64,000 nucleotides of DNA from Macrostomum lignano. Lineage: Eukaryota. Position numbers and translations under genes: made by a program. The notes beneath the pieces were generated by a model. That model saw only the letters and a program-made list of their open reading frames with translations, made no database searches and was not told the origin of the DNA. The stretch is taken from contig NIVC01000251.1 of NCBI GenBank assembly GCA_002269645.1, positions 496,001 through 560,000 of the forward strand. The letters run 5' to 3'. Below are positions 10,944 through 21,900 of this stretch, piece by piece (the stretch's first letter is position 1; every line of letters starts with the position of its first letter).

Positions 10944-13522
10944 TAAATCAAATTAATCAATAAATGACAATACTTATTTATTATTAGAACTAGCTTTTGC
11001 CTTATATGTTTTTAGTACACAATGTAGTCAATTATTTTAATTTGCAGTCTCTTTCAATATGAGAAATCTAGGACTAGCACTAGATAGAATTTATAGAATT
11101 GGCCCTTGTTTACTACTTTGCGATGGTCTGAATTGAAACTGGCTATGAGTATAGTACAATGTCAGTATATATTATGTATAGCTGGACAATTGGTGCCTAT
11201 CATATACTGTACTCAAATATTAATAAGCTTCTGCAAGTGCCACTATGGTCAAAACTCACTATGCAGTATTGCAGTATACCAAATTGTTCTTTTTAGGTAT
11301 AGTATAATAGTTTTGGCTAGCTGTTATCACAAATAAACAATAATAATATATTTTATTACTGAAATTAGCGATTATATAGTCCGCCAGTAAAAAATTCAAG
11401 CATACAAGATAATAGGAGACTAAAGAAATGCACTAAATGAACGAAAGGAGTAGCATACTAGTATAGTATTTGCGTGTAACCACAGATGAAGTTGCAGAGA
11501 GTTCAAAGTTGTGGTCTCACTGTCCTGTGTTGGCTAAAGGAGCTGTGTTCAAAAGAGCTGATGTTCCAAGCGAGCGCAAATTAGTGAAAATGGAAGTGTG
11601 CAAATTAAACTGGTCAATAGCTTCAACACTTGATCGCGTAAAACAAAGCTTGCTAGCTGTTCTTCTTGCAAATTGCGAGGGCGCAGAATTCCCGTCTAAA
11701 AGAGTTTTTTCTTCAAAGTGGACAGTCATCATACTAGTTGATAAGTATGCTGATATTTTTGCGAAGCTTGCGTTCAAAATTATTGTCGGAAAGTGACGGC
11801 TCGGGTGCAGTGTAAATTCCGGTCGGAATATGGAGCCTCATATTCCGGTATGTTTCCGGGGTGCTTCCGAGAAGCAAAGAAAGCCAGGAAATACTTTGTG
11901 TAGTTTTTGGATGTCATTGGAGCACATTTTTCATCGTTTTTTTGCTTGCAAATCTAGTTCCACCAGATTCCGATTGCCCTGCTAAAATCCGGCCAGATTC
12001 CGATGTCAATCCGATAACCCGTTTTTAGTGGGATTGTCACTTGGATTGGCCTTATGGCTGCCAACAGATAAAGCAAAAACCTCCCAATAAATCTGGAAGG
12101 AATTTCTTTGCTTGCTTTGTCGATTCCGGAATTCGTTTGACTCAGTGTTGAGTCCGCACTCTTATTCCGATCAAAGTTTCACATCCATTGATCGATGTCG
12201 TCATTATTCGACTGTATCACGATCCTCAAGCTGCTGTTTTGGCTGTGGATTTCTAACTTTTTTCTGTTCAAATCTCGTCAGGTGCTCTACTGGGCGAAAT
12301 GCGTGCGTCATATTCCTCTTGGGCGCCTCAGCGTGCTGAGCTCATCCAAGTAGACTCACTCCTTTGTAGTCTTAGAAGATCGTTAGATGATAAAAAAAAT
12401 TGGGTTCACTACATGGAAGGATCAACCAGTATAAGCTTGGTAAAAGAAAGTCGGGAGATAAAACAGAAATTTTGTCGAGTATTTCCAACGACGGTACCCA
12501 CGGCACCGATTAGAGATGAGCAATTACTTCACCGCTTCTTTGTCCAATTCAATTGCTGAAGCGCAATTTCCTAAGCACAGCTGCAGTTGAATGCGCTGAG
12601 GGAAAATTATATCAAACGAACAGCATCTTGGGTTTTCTAAATCGTTGCCTTTGGGAGAAATTATCCATTTTTCATACACCTGAGCAAGAAAATAGCTTGC
12701 ATGAATTTCGCTTTTAGACAGCTCTGGGTGCTGACGCAACTTAGAGACTTGGTACTGCCGAGAGTATGGAGGGGTATTGCTGAAATGCTGTGGCTCGTTG
12801 GGGAGAATTTTCTGGGATGTCGAGGCTCATGATGCTGAAATGCGATGGAACTTTTTGCTGGCTCATGAAGGAGAACATGTTGGCTAACGCTCCCGACTGC
12901 CAGTAATCCCGCGCGGCTGTCCCCTGTCCTTTACCTGCCCAAGCTCGTCGGCAGTTTGGTCCTGGCGGTCCTACTGCAGAGCGTGACTGCAGAGTGTCGA
13001 CCCACGGCGACCCACAGCTACTGAACTACACGACTTATCTGGTTGAGGCTCGTCTGAGGTCGTATAATAACAGCTAAGCTAAAGAACTCGTTACCAAGAG
13101 GCTGAATTGAGATCGGGACTCAACAAAACGAGAAAACATAAAAAATAGCAACAAAAACTGTAAAGCCGGTGTAACAAAATTTGTGTTTTAAGGGGCTCCG
13201 TCGAGAGGGTCACAAAACTAGTTACCCAAACTTCGAAAACTAGCCGGTACCCACGGCAGAACTTCCTCTCATTCGAAGTGGAGTGATAAACCAGTACATG
13301 GTTACGCGTTCGCAGAGTTTGGAGTAGGGATCGAGACGCAGCCCCCTGATAAAGTTCAGCCCCAAATGCACTAAACCCCTGTGCCCTCTGGCGGAGTGGA
13401 GATCTTTAACGCATTGGTTGCGGTAGATTAGACTATATCCGATTCTCTTGAATCTCGATTCTCTTCTCTCTTGGCTTCTCTCCATCACGGTACTTTTAGT
13501 CCCTTCATCGTCAACAGAACAT

Positions 13523-14420
13523 GTCTTTTCCGTCGCCTTTTCTGTGGCCTTTTCTGAGGCCTTTTCTGTGGCCTTTTCTGTGGCCTTTTCTGTGGCCTTT
13601 TCTGTGGCCTTTTCTGTTGCCTTTTCCGAGGCCTTTTCTGTGGCCTTTTCTGTAGCCTTTTCTGAGGCCTTTTCTGAGGCCTTTTCTGTGGCCTTTTCTG
13701 AGGCCTTTTCTGTGGCCTTTTCTGTAGCCTTTTCTGAGTCCTTTACTGAGGCCTTTTCTGTGGCCTTTTTTGAGGCCTTTTCTGTGGCCTTTTCTGTAGC
13801 CTTTTCTGAGTCCTTTACTGAGGCCTTTTCTGTGGCCTTTTCTGTGGCCTTTTCTGTTGCCTTTTTTGAGGCCTTTTCTGTGGCCTTTTCTGTAGCCTTT
13901 TCTGAGTCCTTTACTGAGGCCTTTTCTGTGGCCTTTTTTGAGGCCTTTTCTGTGGCCTTTTCTGTAGCCTTTTCTGAGTCCTTTACTGAGGCCTTTTCTG
14001 TGGCCTTTTCTGAGTCCTTTACTGAGGCCTTTTCTGTGGCCTTTTCTGTGGCCTTTTCTGTAGCCTTTTCTGAGTCCTTTACTGAGGCCTTTTCTGTAGC
14101 CTTTTCTGAGTCCTTTACTGAGGCCTTTTCTGTGGCCTTTTCTGTTGCCTTTTTTGAGGCCTTTTCTGTGGCCTTTTCTGTAGCCTTTTCTGAGTCCTTT
14201 ACTGAGGCCTTTTCTGTGGCCTTTTCTGTTGCCTTTTCTGAGGCCTTTTCTGTGGCCTTTTCTGAGGCCTTTTCTGTGGCCTTTTCTGTGGCCTTTTCTG
14301 TAGCCTTTTCTGAGGCCTTTTCTGTGGCTTTTTCTGTGGCCTTTTCTGAAGCCTTTTCTGTGGCCTTTTCTGTGGCCTTTTCTAAAGCCTTTTCTGTGGC
14401 CTTTTCTGAGTCTTTTCCGT
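13523..14420. repeat. 12-bp minisatellite (GCCTTTTCTGTG and variants), about 74 units with higher-order blocks
   Basis: Direct reading. Variant units (GCCTTTTCTGAG, TCCTTTACTGAG, GCCTTTTTTGAG) recur in blocks. It produces the FSVA ORF on plus and the GHRK ORF on minus. Confidence 0.95.
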
Positions 14421-15781
14421 GGGCCGGTCCTCATATCCGGTTCTAGTAGCCGGTTCTGCTACAGGTCAATTTGGCTTGCTCAAATGAAGAGGGGACTTGG
14501 GGCACGTCCTGCTGTTTCTATCTGCTTTGCACTTCTCATCGCTGGCTTTTTTTCCCTTGTGGCTCTGGAGCTCTTCAATTCAAGCTTTTATGCATCCGTA
14601 GCGATCTGTTGGGACTTCACGAAGATTCCAGCGGTCAGACGGCATCATCCGCGAAGAGAACTTGCTTCCTTACAGCTAGCAGCGGAGGTGCTGCAGGAGC
14701 CACTCGGCGACTGCCTGTTGGATGGCGCCCCATGTCCGGTTGGCCCCCTGTGACGCTGCTCTGCCAGTTTCTTAAGACTGTCTGACTGCGTCGTTGGACT
14801 GATGGAAATTTACCTTACCGTAGAATAGTTGTTAAAACTCAAACGGCAGCAGAATTGGTCCAACTGATATTCATGTCAAAAAAGCTTCGTGTCTTTAACT
14901 TCAAACTTCGTACGTCTCTTGTTTAAATTATGAGACAGATCACTCCTAATACTAAAACTGACGTTTGTCTGTCTGTCCTAATACTAAAACTGACGCGATG
15001 TTTGTCTGTGTGTGTGTGTATTGCAAGTGAACTCCTACAATACTTGCAAGTCAGCGTCGAAATTTATATGGGAAAACTGCAAATTTTCCGGAGCAGGCTT
15101 TAGGCTATTTTAAGAGATGAGAGGAGAGACAGGAGAGACTAGATATAAGATAGCAAAGAAAAGAGAGCAGAGATGAGAGACTAGAGATGGAAAGCAGATT
15201 AGAGAGAAGAGATAAGAGACTACACTGTAGAGATGAGAGGGCAAAGAGGAGAGCAAAAAAGGCTTTACAGAGGATTTGGAGATGATTTGGAAGATGGGAT
15301 TCAAGTCATGGAGTTTCAGCTGATGGATTTCAGGCAATGGAATTCCGGTGATGGGATTTCTTCCCCTATCTCCTCCGGAGGAGGAGTTCCACTCGTTTTT
15401 TTATGAAACTGAAATAATCTTAGTCAACAAGATGATTTGCATAAAATTCCATCCTTCAAAAAAATTCAAATTTGTATCTATAAAATTTAATATATATTAA
15501 AGCAAATTTTACAAGCGTAGTAAGCATGATCGCAAAATCGATTCGTCTTTTTATTCGCGTGAAACAGAAAATTCGTATTCGGGACAGTCAAATACTTCTT
15601 CAGTAGACAAGAAAGAATTTTTAAATCAAATACAGTTTTGAACTTATTCAGAGCTTTCAATTCAAATTTGAATCAGCAATGATAATGTAATATTAAATAG
15701 GATTTCGATGAAAATTTAAAAATCAAGCCGCGTTCACTCCAGTCAGAGGCACAATGTATGCAACTGACTTGGATGGGGTGA

Positions 15782-16747
15782 ACAATCAAGGTCACAAAAA
15801 TAAAGGAGACAGATCGTTTTACAATCAAGGTCACAAAAATAAAGGAGATAGATCGTTTTACAATCAAGGTCACAAAAATAAAGGAGATAGATCGTTTTAC
15901 AATCAAGGTCACAAAAATAAAGGAGATAGATCGTTTTACAATCAAGGTCACAAAAATAAAGGAGATGGATCGTTTTACAATCAAGGTCACAAAAATAAAG
16001 GAGATAGATCGTTTTACAATCAAGGTCACAAAAATAAAGGAGATAGATCGTTTTACAATCAAGGTCACAAAAATAAAGGAGATAGATCGTTTTACAATCA
16101 AGGTCACAAAAATAAAGGAGATAGATCGTTTTACAATCAAGGTCACAAAAATAAAGGAGATAGATCGTTTTACAATCAAGGTCACAAAAATAAAGGAGAT
16201 AGATCGTTTTACAATCAAGGTCACAAAAATAAAGGAGATAGATCGTTTTACAATCAAGGTCACAAAAATAAAGGAGATAGATCGTTTTACAATCAAGGTC
16301 ACAAAAATAAAGGAGATAGATCGTTTTACAATCAAGGTCACAAAAATAAAGGGGATAGATCGTTTTACAATCAAGGTCACAAAAATAAAGGAGATAGATC
16401 GTTTTACAATCAAGGTCACAAAAATAAAGGAGATAGATCGTTTTACAATCAAGGTCACAAAAATAAAGGAGATAGATCGTTTTACAATCAAGGTCACAAA
16501 AATAAAAGAGATAGATCGTTTTACAATCAAGGTCACAAAAATAAAGGAGATAGATCGTTTTACAATCAAGGTCACAAAAATAAAAGAGATAGATCGTTTT
16601 ACAATCAAGGTCACAAAAATAAAGGAGATAGATCGTTTTACAATCAAGGTCACAAAAATAAAAGAGATAGATCGTTTTACAATCAAGGTCACAAAAATAA
16701 AGAAGATAGATCGTTTTACAATCAAGGTCACAAAAATAAAGGAGATA
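15782..16747. repeat. 39-bp tandem repeat, 24 full units plus 1 partial, near-identical
   Basis: Unit ACAATCAAGGTCACAAAAATAAAGGAGATAGATCGTTTT with only scattered single substitutions. It ends 41 nt from the P3 stop codon. Confidence 0.97.
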
Positions 16748-16788
16748 CTCGTACGTAGATCGTTTTTATCAGTCTATCTTGCCAAACT

Positions 16789-17208
16789 TCATTTGATTTT
16801 GTAGCGAAGCGTTCCGCGGAGAAAGTTGAACAACGGAATGTAGGAATTTCGGCTCAGGTTCTGATCAGTATCTGCGGTAGGAGGTCAGATTTGCAACAGT
16901 TGAAACTTTTGTTGTTGAAGCATCAAAATGCTCGCACAATGAATAAGATACTCACTTTTCTTAGCCCGACGAGAGTTGCGTTCTGGTTGGGGTATTTTCT
17001 CCAGGTTGTTCAGTTGTTCAACCACGTAAGCTTTAATGATCTCGCTTGCCAGCTGAATAGCCATTTGGTTTAACACTGTTTCCAACTGTACCAACTTGTT
17101 GTTAGTAGCTGTAGGCCTCTTCAGTCCCTCTTCGACTGGTAGAGCAATGGCCGAAGACACCACAGCCGAGAAGACCACTAGAGCCAGAAGGATGGATCGA
17201 TGGTGCAT
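16789..17208 (-). CDS. Secreted peptide precursor, paralog P3 (2 exons, 111 aa)
   Basis: Exon 1 is 17208-16956 (MHHRSILLALVVFSAVVSSAIA signal, ending RRAKK). A phase-1 intron occupies 16955-16872 (GTGAGT...CCGCAG). Exon 2 is 16871-16789 and gives N-TDQNLSRNSYIPLFNFLRGTLRYKIK*. Confidence 0.9.
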
Positions 17209-17264
17209 GGTCGATCTTTAGCTTTGGAGCTTTGTTACAAACCTGCAATTGAAACCTGCAAAAA

Positions 17265-17283
17265 TCGGCTTGCTTATATAGAC
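17265..17283 (-). promoter_or_regulatory. TATA-containing promoter motif of P3 (GTCTATATAAGCAAGCCGA)
   Basis: Near-identical to 4179-4198 upstream of P2. Confidence 0.65.
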
Positions 17284-17633
17284 AACATTGACACTTAATT
17301 GGGCTTGGCCTTGGGCCCGGGATTGGTCCAGCAGATCAGCGGTAATTTTGCGGCGCTGTTAAACGGCAGTTCTGGAGGCAGCTGCAGACGCATAGAGCTA
17401 TTAAATCCAACAATCACCTGTGGTGCTCAAGATAATAGTTAACCATCCTTGATCACCGGGGTATGGGTGGGCAGGCATTCTACAGTATTCAAAGATAAGG
17501 CCCAAAACTTTAAAATAAAATAACACTTCGCCGCGCATTTGCGTCAAGAAAAGCAATTTTCTCTGTTAGATTGGAAGAATTAAAAAAGATTGCAGATGAT
17601 TGTTGAAGTTATTTGGCACCTGGGCTAAAATAA

Positions 17634-18188
17634 TTATCCAGGTTCCCGACTGGAGGGACAGTGAAGAAATACGCCAACAGATTTTTCAGGTACCGAGACT
17701 GATTTTTTTAGCGACGAACGCCAAAATTCGTCTTCATTTTTCTGCGTCTTTAAAGCGGCTTCTTCAACACTACGGATGATAGTCGGGTACCTTTCCCTTA
17801 CTTTTCCTATACTTGATACAGTACATGTAGATTTTCTGCAACGTAAAACTATCATGATAAGCATGCGTTTCTCAAAGCATTTTTGAGAAACGGATAGATA
17901 TAAAATGTTTGAGTAGATGTTGATAGAACGACAGTTTTCTTGAGTAATTTGCCTGTTTGCTCGATCGAGCTCGTAGGTTTCATTAACTCAAGGACGTGAC
18001 AGTCTCTTCTAACTTTTGACGCGTGTCCTATCTTCAACTAACAAATGAGTTGATCTTCACGATGATCAGACAAGAGACACTCGTGATTCGAAAGGTCACA
18101 GGTTTTTTGAAGATCAAAACACATGGTTTTTGTAACTACATTCACAAATACCCATGAGAGCCAAGCCCAGAACAAACAGGGTGTTCAT
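17634..18188 (-). pseudogene. Possible disrupted gene for a small secreted Cys-containing protein
   Basis: The ATG at 18188 gives the signal-like MNTLFVLGLALMGICECS. Continuing the reading requires a frameshift in an A5 run, passing one TAG and a second frameshift (..MCFDLQKTCDLSNHECLL..IC*..DCHV../VNETYELDRANRQITQENCRSINIY..KCFEKRM..). No homology was recognised. Confidence 0.3.
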
Positions 18189-18486
18189 GCCTGATGATTA
18201 GAAAGTTAGGGTAGCTGTAACACCCTGTACTGGGCGTGTGTACGAGTGCGAACCTGCGTACAGTATTGGTGCGCTATTGTATGTGCTCACTTAGCAGAAT
18301 GGGTAGAATCGTCTCATCACTGGTTGTGACACGTCAATGCCGCAGAAGGTGCATGTTGCGCCAGGGTGCCTTGACCCTAAAAAGTTTTGTTGTGAACTGA
18401 AGTCGCCAAAACGCCACTGCTGTCCATTATGATTTTGGGAGAGTTACGGACCCGGTCACTTAAAAACGGTACTTAAGGCCAAGAAG

Positions 18487-18774
18487 CAGGGGCGGCGTCA
18501 CCGGGGGAGGAGGGGACATGTCCCCCTAGTAAAAGCTATGGGGGGACATGCCAAAGCTTTGTCCCCCCCCAGGCCCGTTTAGAATATGAATAATTTTGCT
18601 TCAGGGCGACAAAACAGGGTCTGCGGCGCTAAAATGAGTGCCCGCGGCGCTAAAATAAGCGCTGACAACACCAATTCTCAAAAAATTGTACATATAGGAA
18701 TTTAGTCATGTACATGTACATGCAGAATTCTTGGCTTTGTCCACCCCACCATAAAATCCATGGCGACGCCAGTG
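18487..18774. mobile_element. hAT-like MITE, 288 bp, 8-bp TSD CCAAGAAG
   Basis: TSD at 18479-18486 and 18775-18782. Imperfect termini CAGGGGCGGCGTC / GACGCCAGTG. A related copy lies at 24023-24211. Confidence 0.75.
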
Positions 18775-18913
18775 CCAAGAAGCGTCCCAGAGTCCCTTAC
18801 CGACTCGTTGTAAGTAATACGTAAAATAGGAAAGAAGTGACTCTGCCTTGGTTTGCTCTGAGGCGCGCTTATCTTCCGGCTCTCGCTAACCTTAGTCAAT
18901 TTTTTGCTGAATC

Positions 18914-21900
18914 ATGTCTGACTCTGTTAAAGTCCTACGTGAGAGGCTGCAAGGTCTTGGCTTGCCAACGTATGGCAATAAGGGTGAACTGATAGAACGC
19001 CTATTTCAGCATTGTCACACACTGGCCTCTGAACTGCAAAGTGAAGAAGCGGAGGCATCAGACCATCCAGTACGTGAGCGGGGCGAGATCGACGGTAGAA
19101 AAAGGGAACGAGGCGGCCGAGCTACCGAGCGACGCGGGGCAGCGGCGGCAACCGGAGGCCCAGGGTCTGGCGCGGCTGGAGGCCTGGAAGCGGAGCAACG
19201 GATCCGCCTGTTGAAGCTGCCAAAAGAGGAGGTCTGCTCCAGGCGGAGGTCAGCCAGCTCCAGCAACAGCCGGCCACCTCAGAGCTCCATGGTGAGTTCT
19301 TCGATGCCTTTATGTCGGAGGAGGCGCATACTAGGAAGCAGGAGATAGGGCTTAGAAAAGTCAGTCCCAACCGCATCACTGAGTTTATCAGTTAAGCGTA
19401 AGCAGCAGGACGCTGGTGTCACGCAGTCCGTGGACAGGTCGGGGAAGGTGGTCTTCAAGGTGAAGGAGGCTGCGGTGGAGACGTTGACGATGGGAGACTG
19501 GGTAGCTGGCAATGCACGCATCATGCTGAGAATGCTAGATGATGGCAGACTGGTGAAGTGATGGTGGTTGCCCTGATATGTCGGAGCTACGTGACTATCT
19601 GCACTACACTGTTCGCATCGGTGAGCTGTTCTACCTCCGTTTCGAGAAGGCGCGGGTGCTGAGATTCGACAATGAGTGCCGGCTTGGTGACTCGCCTGGG
19701 AGGCGCGTGGTTCAGACATCGGCCTGGTGTCCACGTACTTGATGGCGCCACAAAAGAGCGAGGTCGCTGCAGAGAGACCGGTTAGGAGGGGCCAGGGCAT
19801 CTGTTTCGATTTCAACAAGGAGGCTGGGTGCTGCAGGAGGAACTGCCGGTTTTCTCATCGGTGCCGGCAATGTGGTCAAGGCCATTCGAAAGCGGCCGTG
19901 CACGGGGGCCCGGCTGCGGAGGCGGCAGGGCTTCGACACAGACTGAATGGCGGTGAAGTTTTTAATTCCCGGATTTTATCTACCCACATGAACCTGACGG
20001 AGTGTAAGGAGAAGCTGAGTGTTGTAGATGTGCCGCGGGATCATAAGAGTTTCATTTTGGATGGAATGACCAGTGGGTTTCGTATCACTAACGTTCCGGC
20101 CAGCAGCAGTGATAGGATCGAAGTCAGCAACTACAACTCTATCAATGTTTTTATGGAGGCGGTGGAGAAGCAGATCGGCAGAGAGGTTGAGCTGGGCCGT
20201 TACCGCCTGTGCCCGAAGGGGCAGCGGCCTGAGATTGTGAGTGCCATCGGTGTCTTGCCGAAAGACAACGAACGGGTGCGCCTGATTCACGACTGTAGCC
20301 GGCCGCCCAGTGGCTGTGTCAACTCGATGTGGTCGGTCAGGAGAAGCTGCACTTTTCTTGCGCGGAAAACTTTGCCAGGAAGTTGACTAGAGGGTGCTGG
20401 ATGACCAAAGTCGACCTGAGAGAAGCTTATCGCGTGCGGTTGGTGTGCACCCTGACGACTTCAGCCGGACTGGAATCAAGTTTCGCGCTTTCGGAACTCC
20501 AACACTGCGTCCTACATGTACGACACAAGGCTACCCTTTGGAGCGGCGGCTTCGGTGACGTGCTTTCACCGGCTCAGCGAGCGATGAAGCTGATGATGGT
20601 GCGGAGAGGTTTCATCAGGACTGAGGCGTACTTGGATGACTTTGCCTTTTGTGGTTCGCGTGAGGACTGTCAGAAATTTTCCGATTAGATGGCTGACCTC
20701 GTGACTCGCTTGGGATTTACTTTCAACTGGGGCTAGTGTCAGCGGCCCTCTCAGCGTATGTCCTTCTTGGGTGTCGAGTTTGACACTCACCGGGGTGAAG
20801 AAACTGTCGGATGAGAAGGTGGAGAAGCTTGTCTGTCTGCTGGAGCTGGAAGCGGAAAAAAACAGAATTTGTCGGCGGTCACTGCAGCATGTGATTGGTA
20901 AGCTCGGTTGGGGGGCGCAGGTTATCTGTTCTGGGCGCACGTTCATGCGGGAGTTGATCGATTGTTGCAAATGCTCTTCAGCCAGGGCAGCGGATGAAAA
21001 CTATCGATGTGCGGCTGCGGAGCTTTTTTCAGTGGTGGACAGTCTCGTTGAAGTTGTGTTGGTGGTCGAAGTTGTGGCCATCGAGTTGAATGATGTTGCC
21101 ATCGAGTCGGATGCTTGCGGAAGAGGCAGTGCGGCGGTGCTGCGAATGCCCAATGGATTCTGGGACTGGTGCTATGTGGACTGGTTGATGGATGCGGACT
21201 TGGCGTTTGTAGAGCTGCCCATCAACTACAAAGAAGCGGTGGCACCGCTGCTGGGCGTCATCCGCTAGAGGGAGCAGCTCAGGGCTCCAGGAGCAGCATC
21301 TATTGCGACAACCAAGCCGCCTGCCACATTATCAGCAAGGGCGTTTCCAATTGTGCGCCACTGCAGCGGCTGCTGCAGACGGTGGCACTCACGTGCCTGC
21401 GTTATGGGATGAGTGTTCGTGCTTTCCCCGTGTCGAGCGAGTTCCAGATTTTTGCGGATGCGGCTTCTCGGCTGCATGAGCCTAGCCAGTTGTTAAACTT
21501 TGTCATGGTTCTGTGTGCCAGTGGGCGCTGGCGCCTCTGCACGTGCATGCTTTCTGCCCCGCACCGCCGCCTCCCTTCATTTACAGGCCGCCAAGCTGCG
21601 TCGGACCCTCTCAGCCACCGCGCCGCCTCGCTGCTGAGCGCCTCGTATGCGCCATCATCAAGGAGAGCCATCAACAGACACGTCCTGGAGTGGCGTGAGT
21701 TCTGCCTGCGATCTGGTTGGGACTCGGTCCACTGCCCTGTGGTAGCATATTGCTCAACTATCTGGCTGACCTTGTGGGCACCCGGATGCGCTCCTTCAGC
21801 GGTGTTTCCTCGCTGGCCAGCTCCCTGTCGCTCTGGTTCCGAGTCAACTCTGCGCCATGGACCTGACCATGCATGCTACAACGGCACTGCTTCTAGTTGG

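Larger units (their letters stand above)
4949..12032 (-). mobile_element. Complete-looking CACTA/EnSpm (CMC superfamily) DNA transposon, 7084 bp
   Basis: Terminal inverted repeats CCCACTAAAAA (4949-4959) and TTTTTAGTGGG (12022-12032). An AT dinucleotide flanks both sides (4947-4948, 12033-12034). Clusters of subterminal TTCCGA/ATCCG repeats occur at both ends. It encloses the transposase and a spliced accessory gene. Confidence 0.85.

Noticed and set aside
11470-11796. ORFs near the right end of the CACTA element as a third element gene
   Set aside because: They are short overlapping ORFs on both strands with non-ATG or weak starts and no motif.
15782-16747. 39-bp array as a CRISPR array
   Set aside because: Units are directly adjacent with no unique spacers, there are no cas genes, and the context is eukaryotic.
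15673-16804. Three long ORFs over the 39-bp array (352, 334 and 279 aa)
   Set aside because: The unit is a multiple of 3 and stop-free in several frames on both strands at once, which is typical of non-coding arrays. There is no unique coding context.
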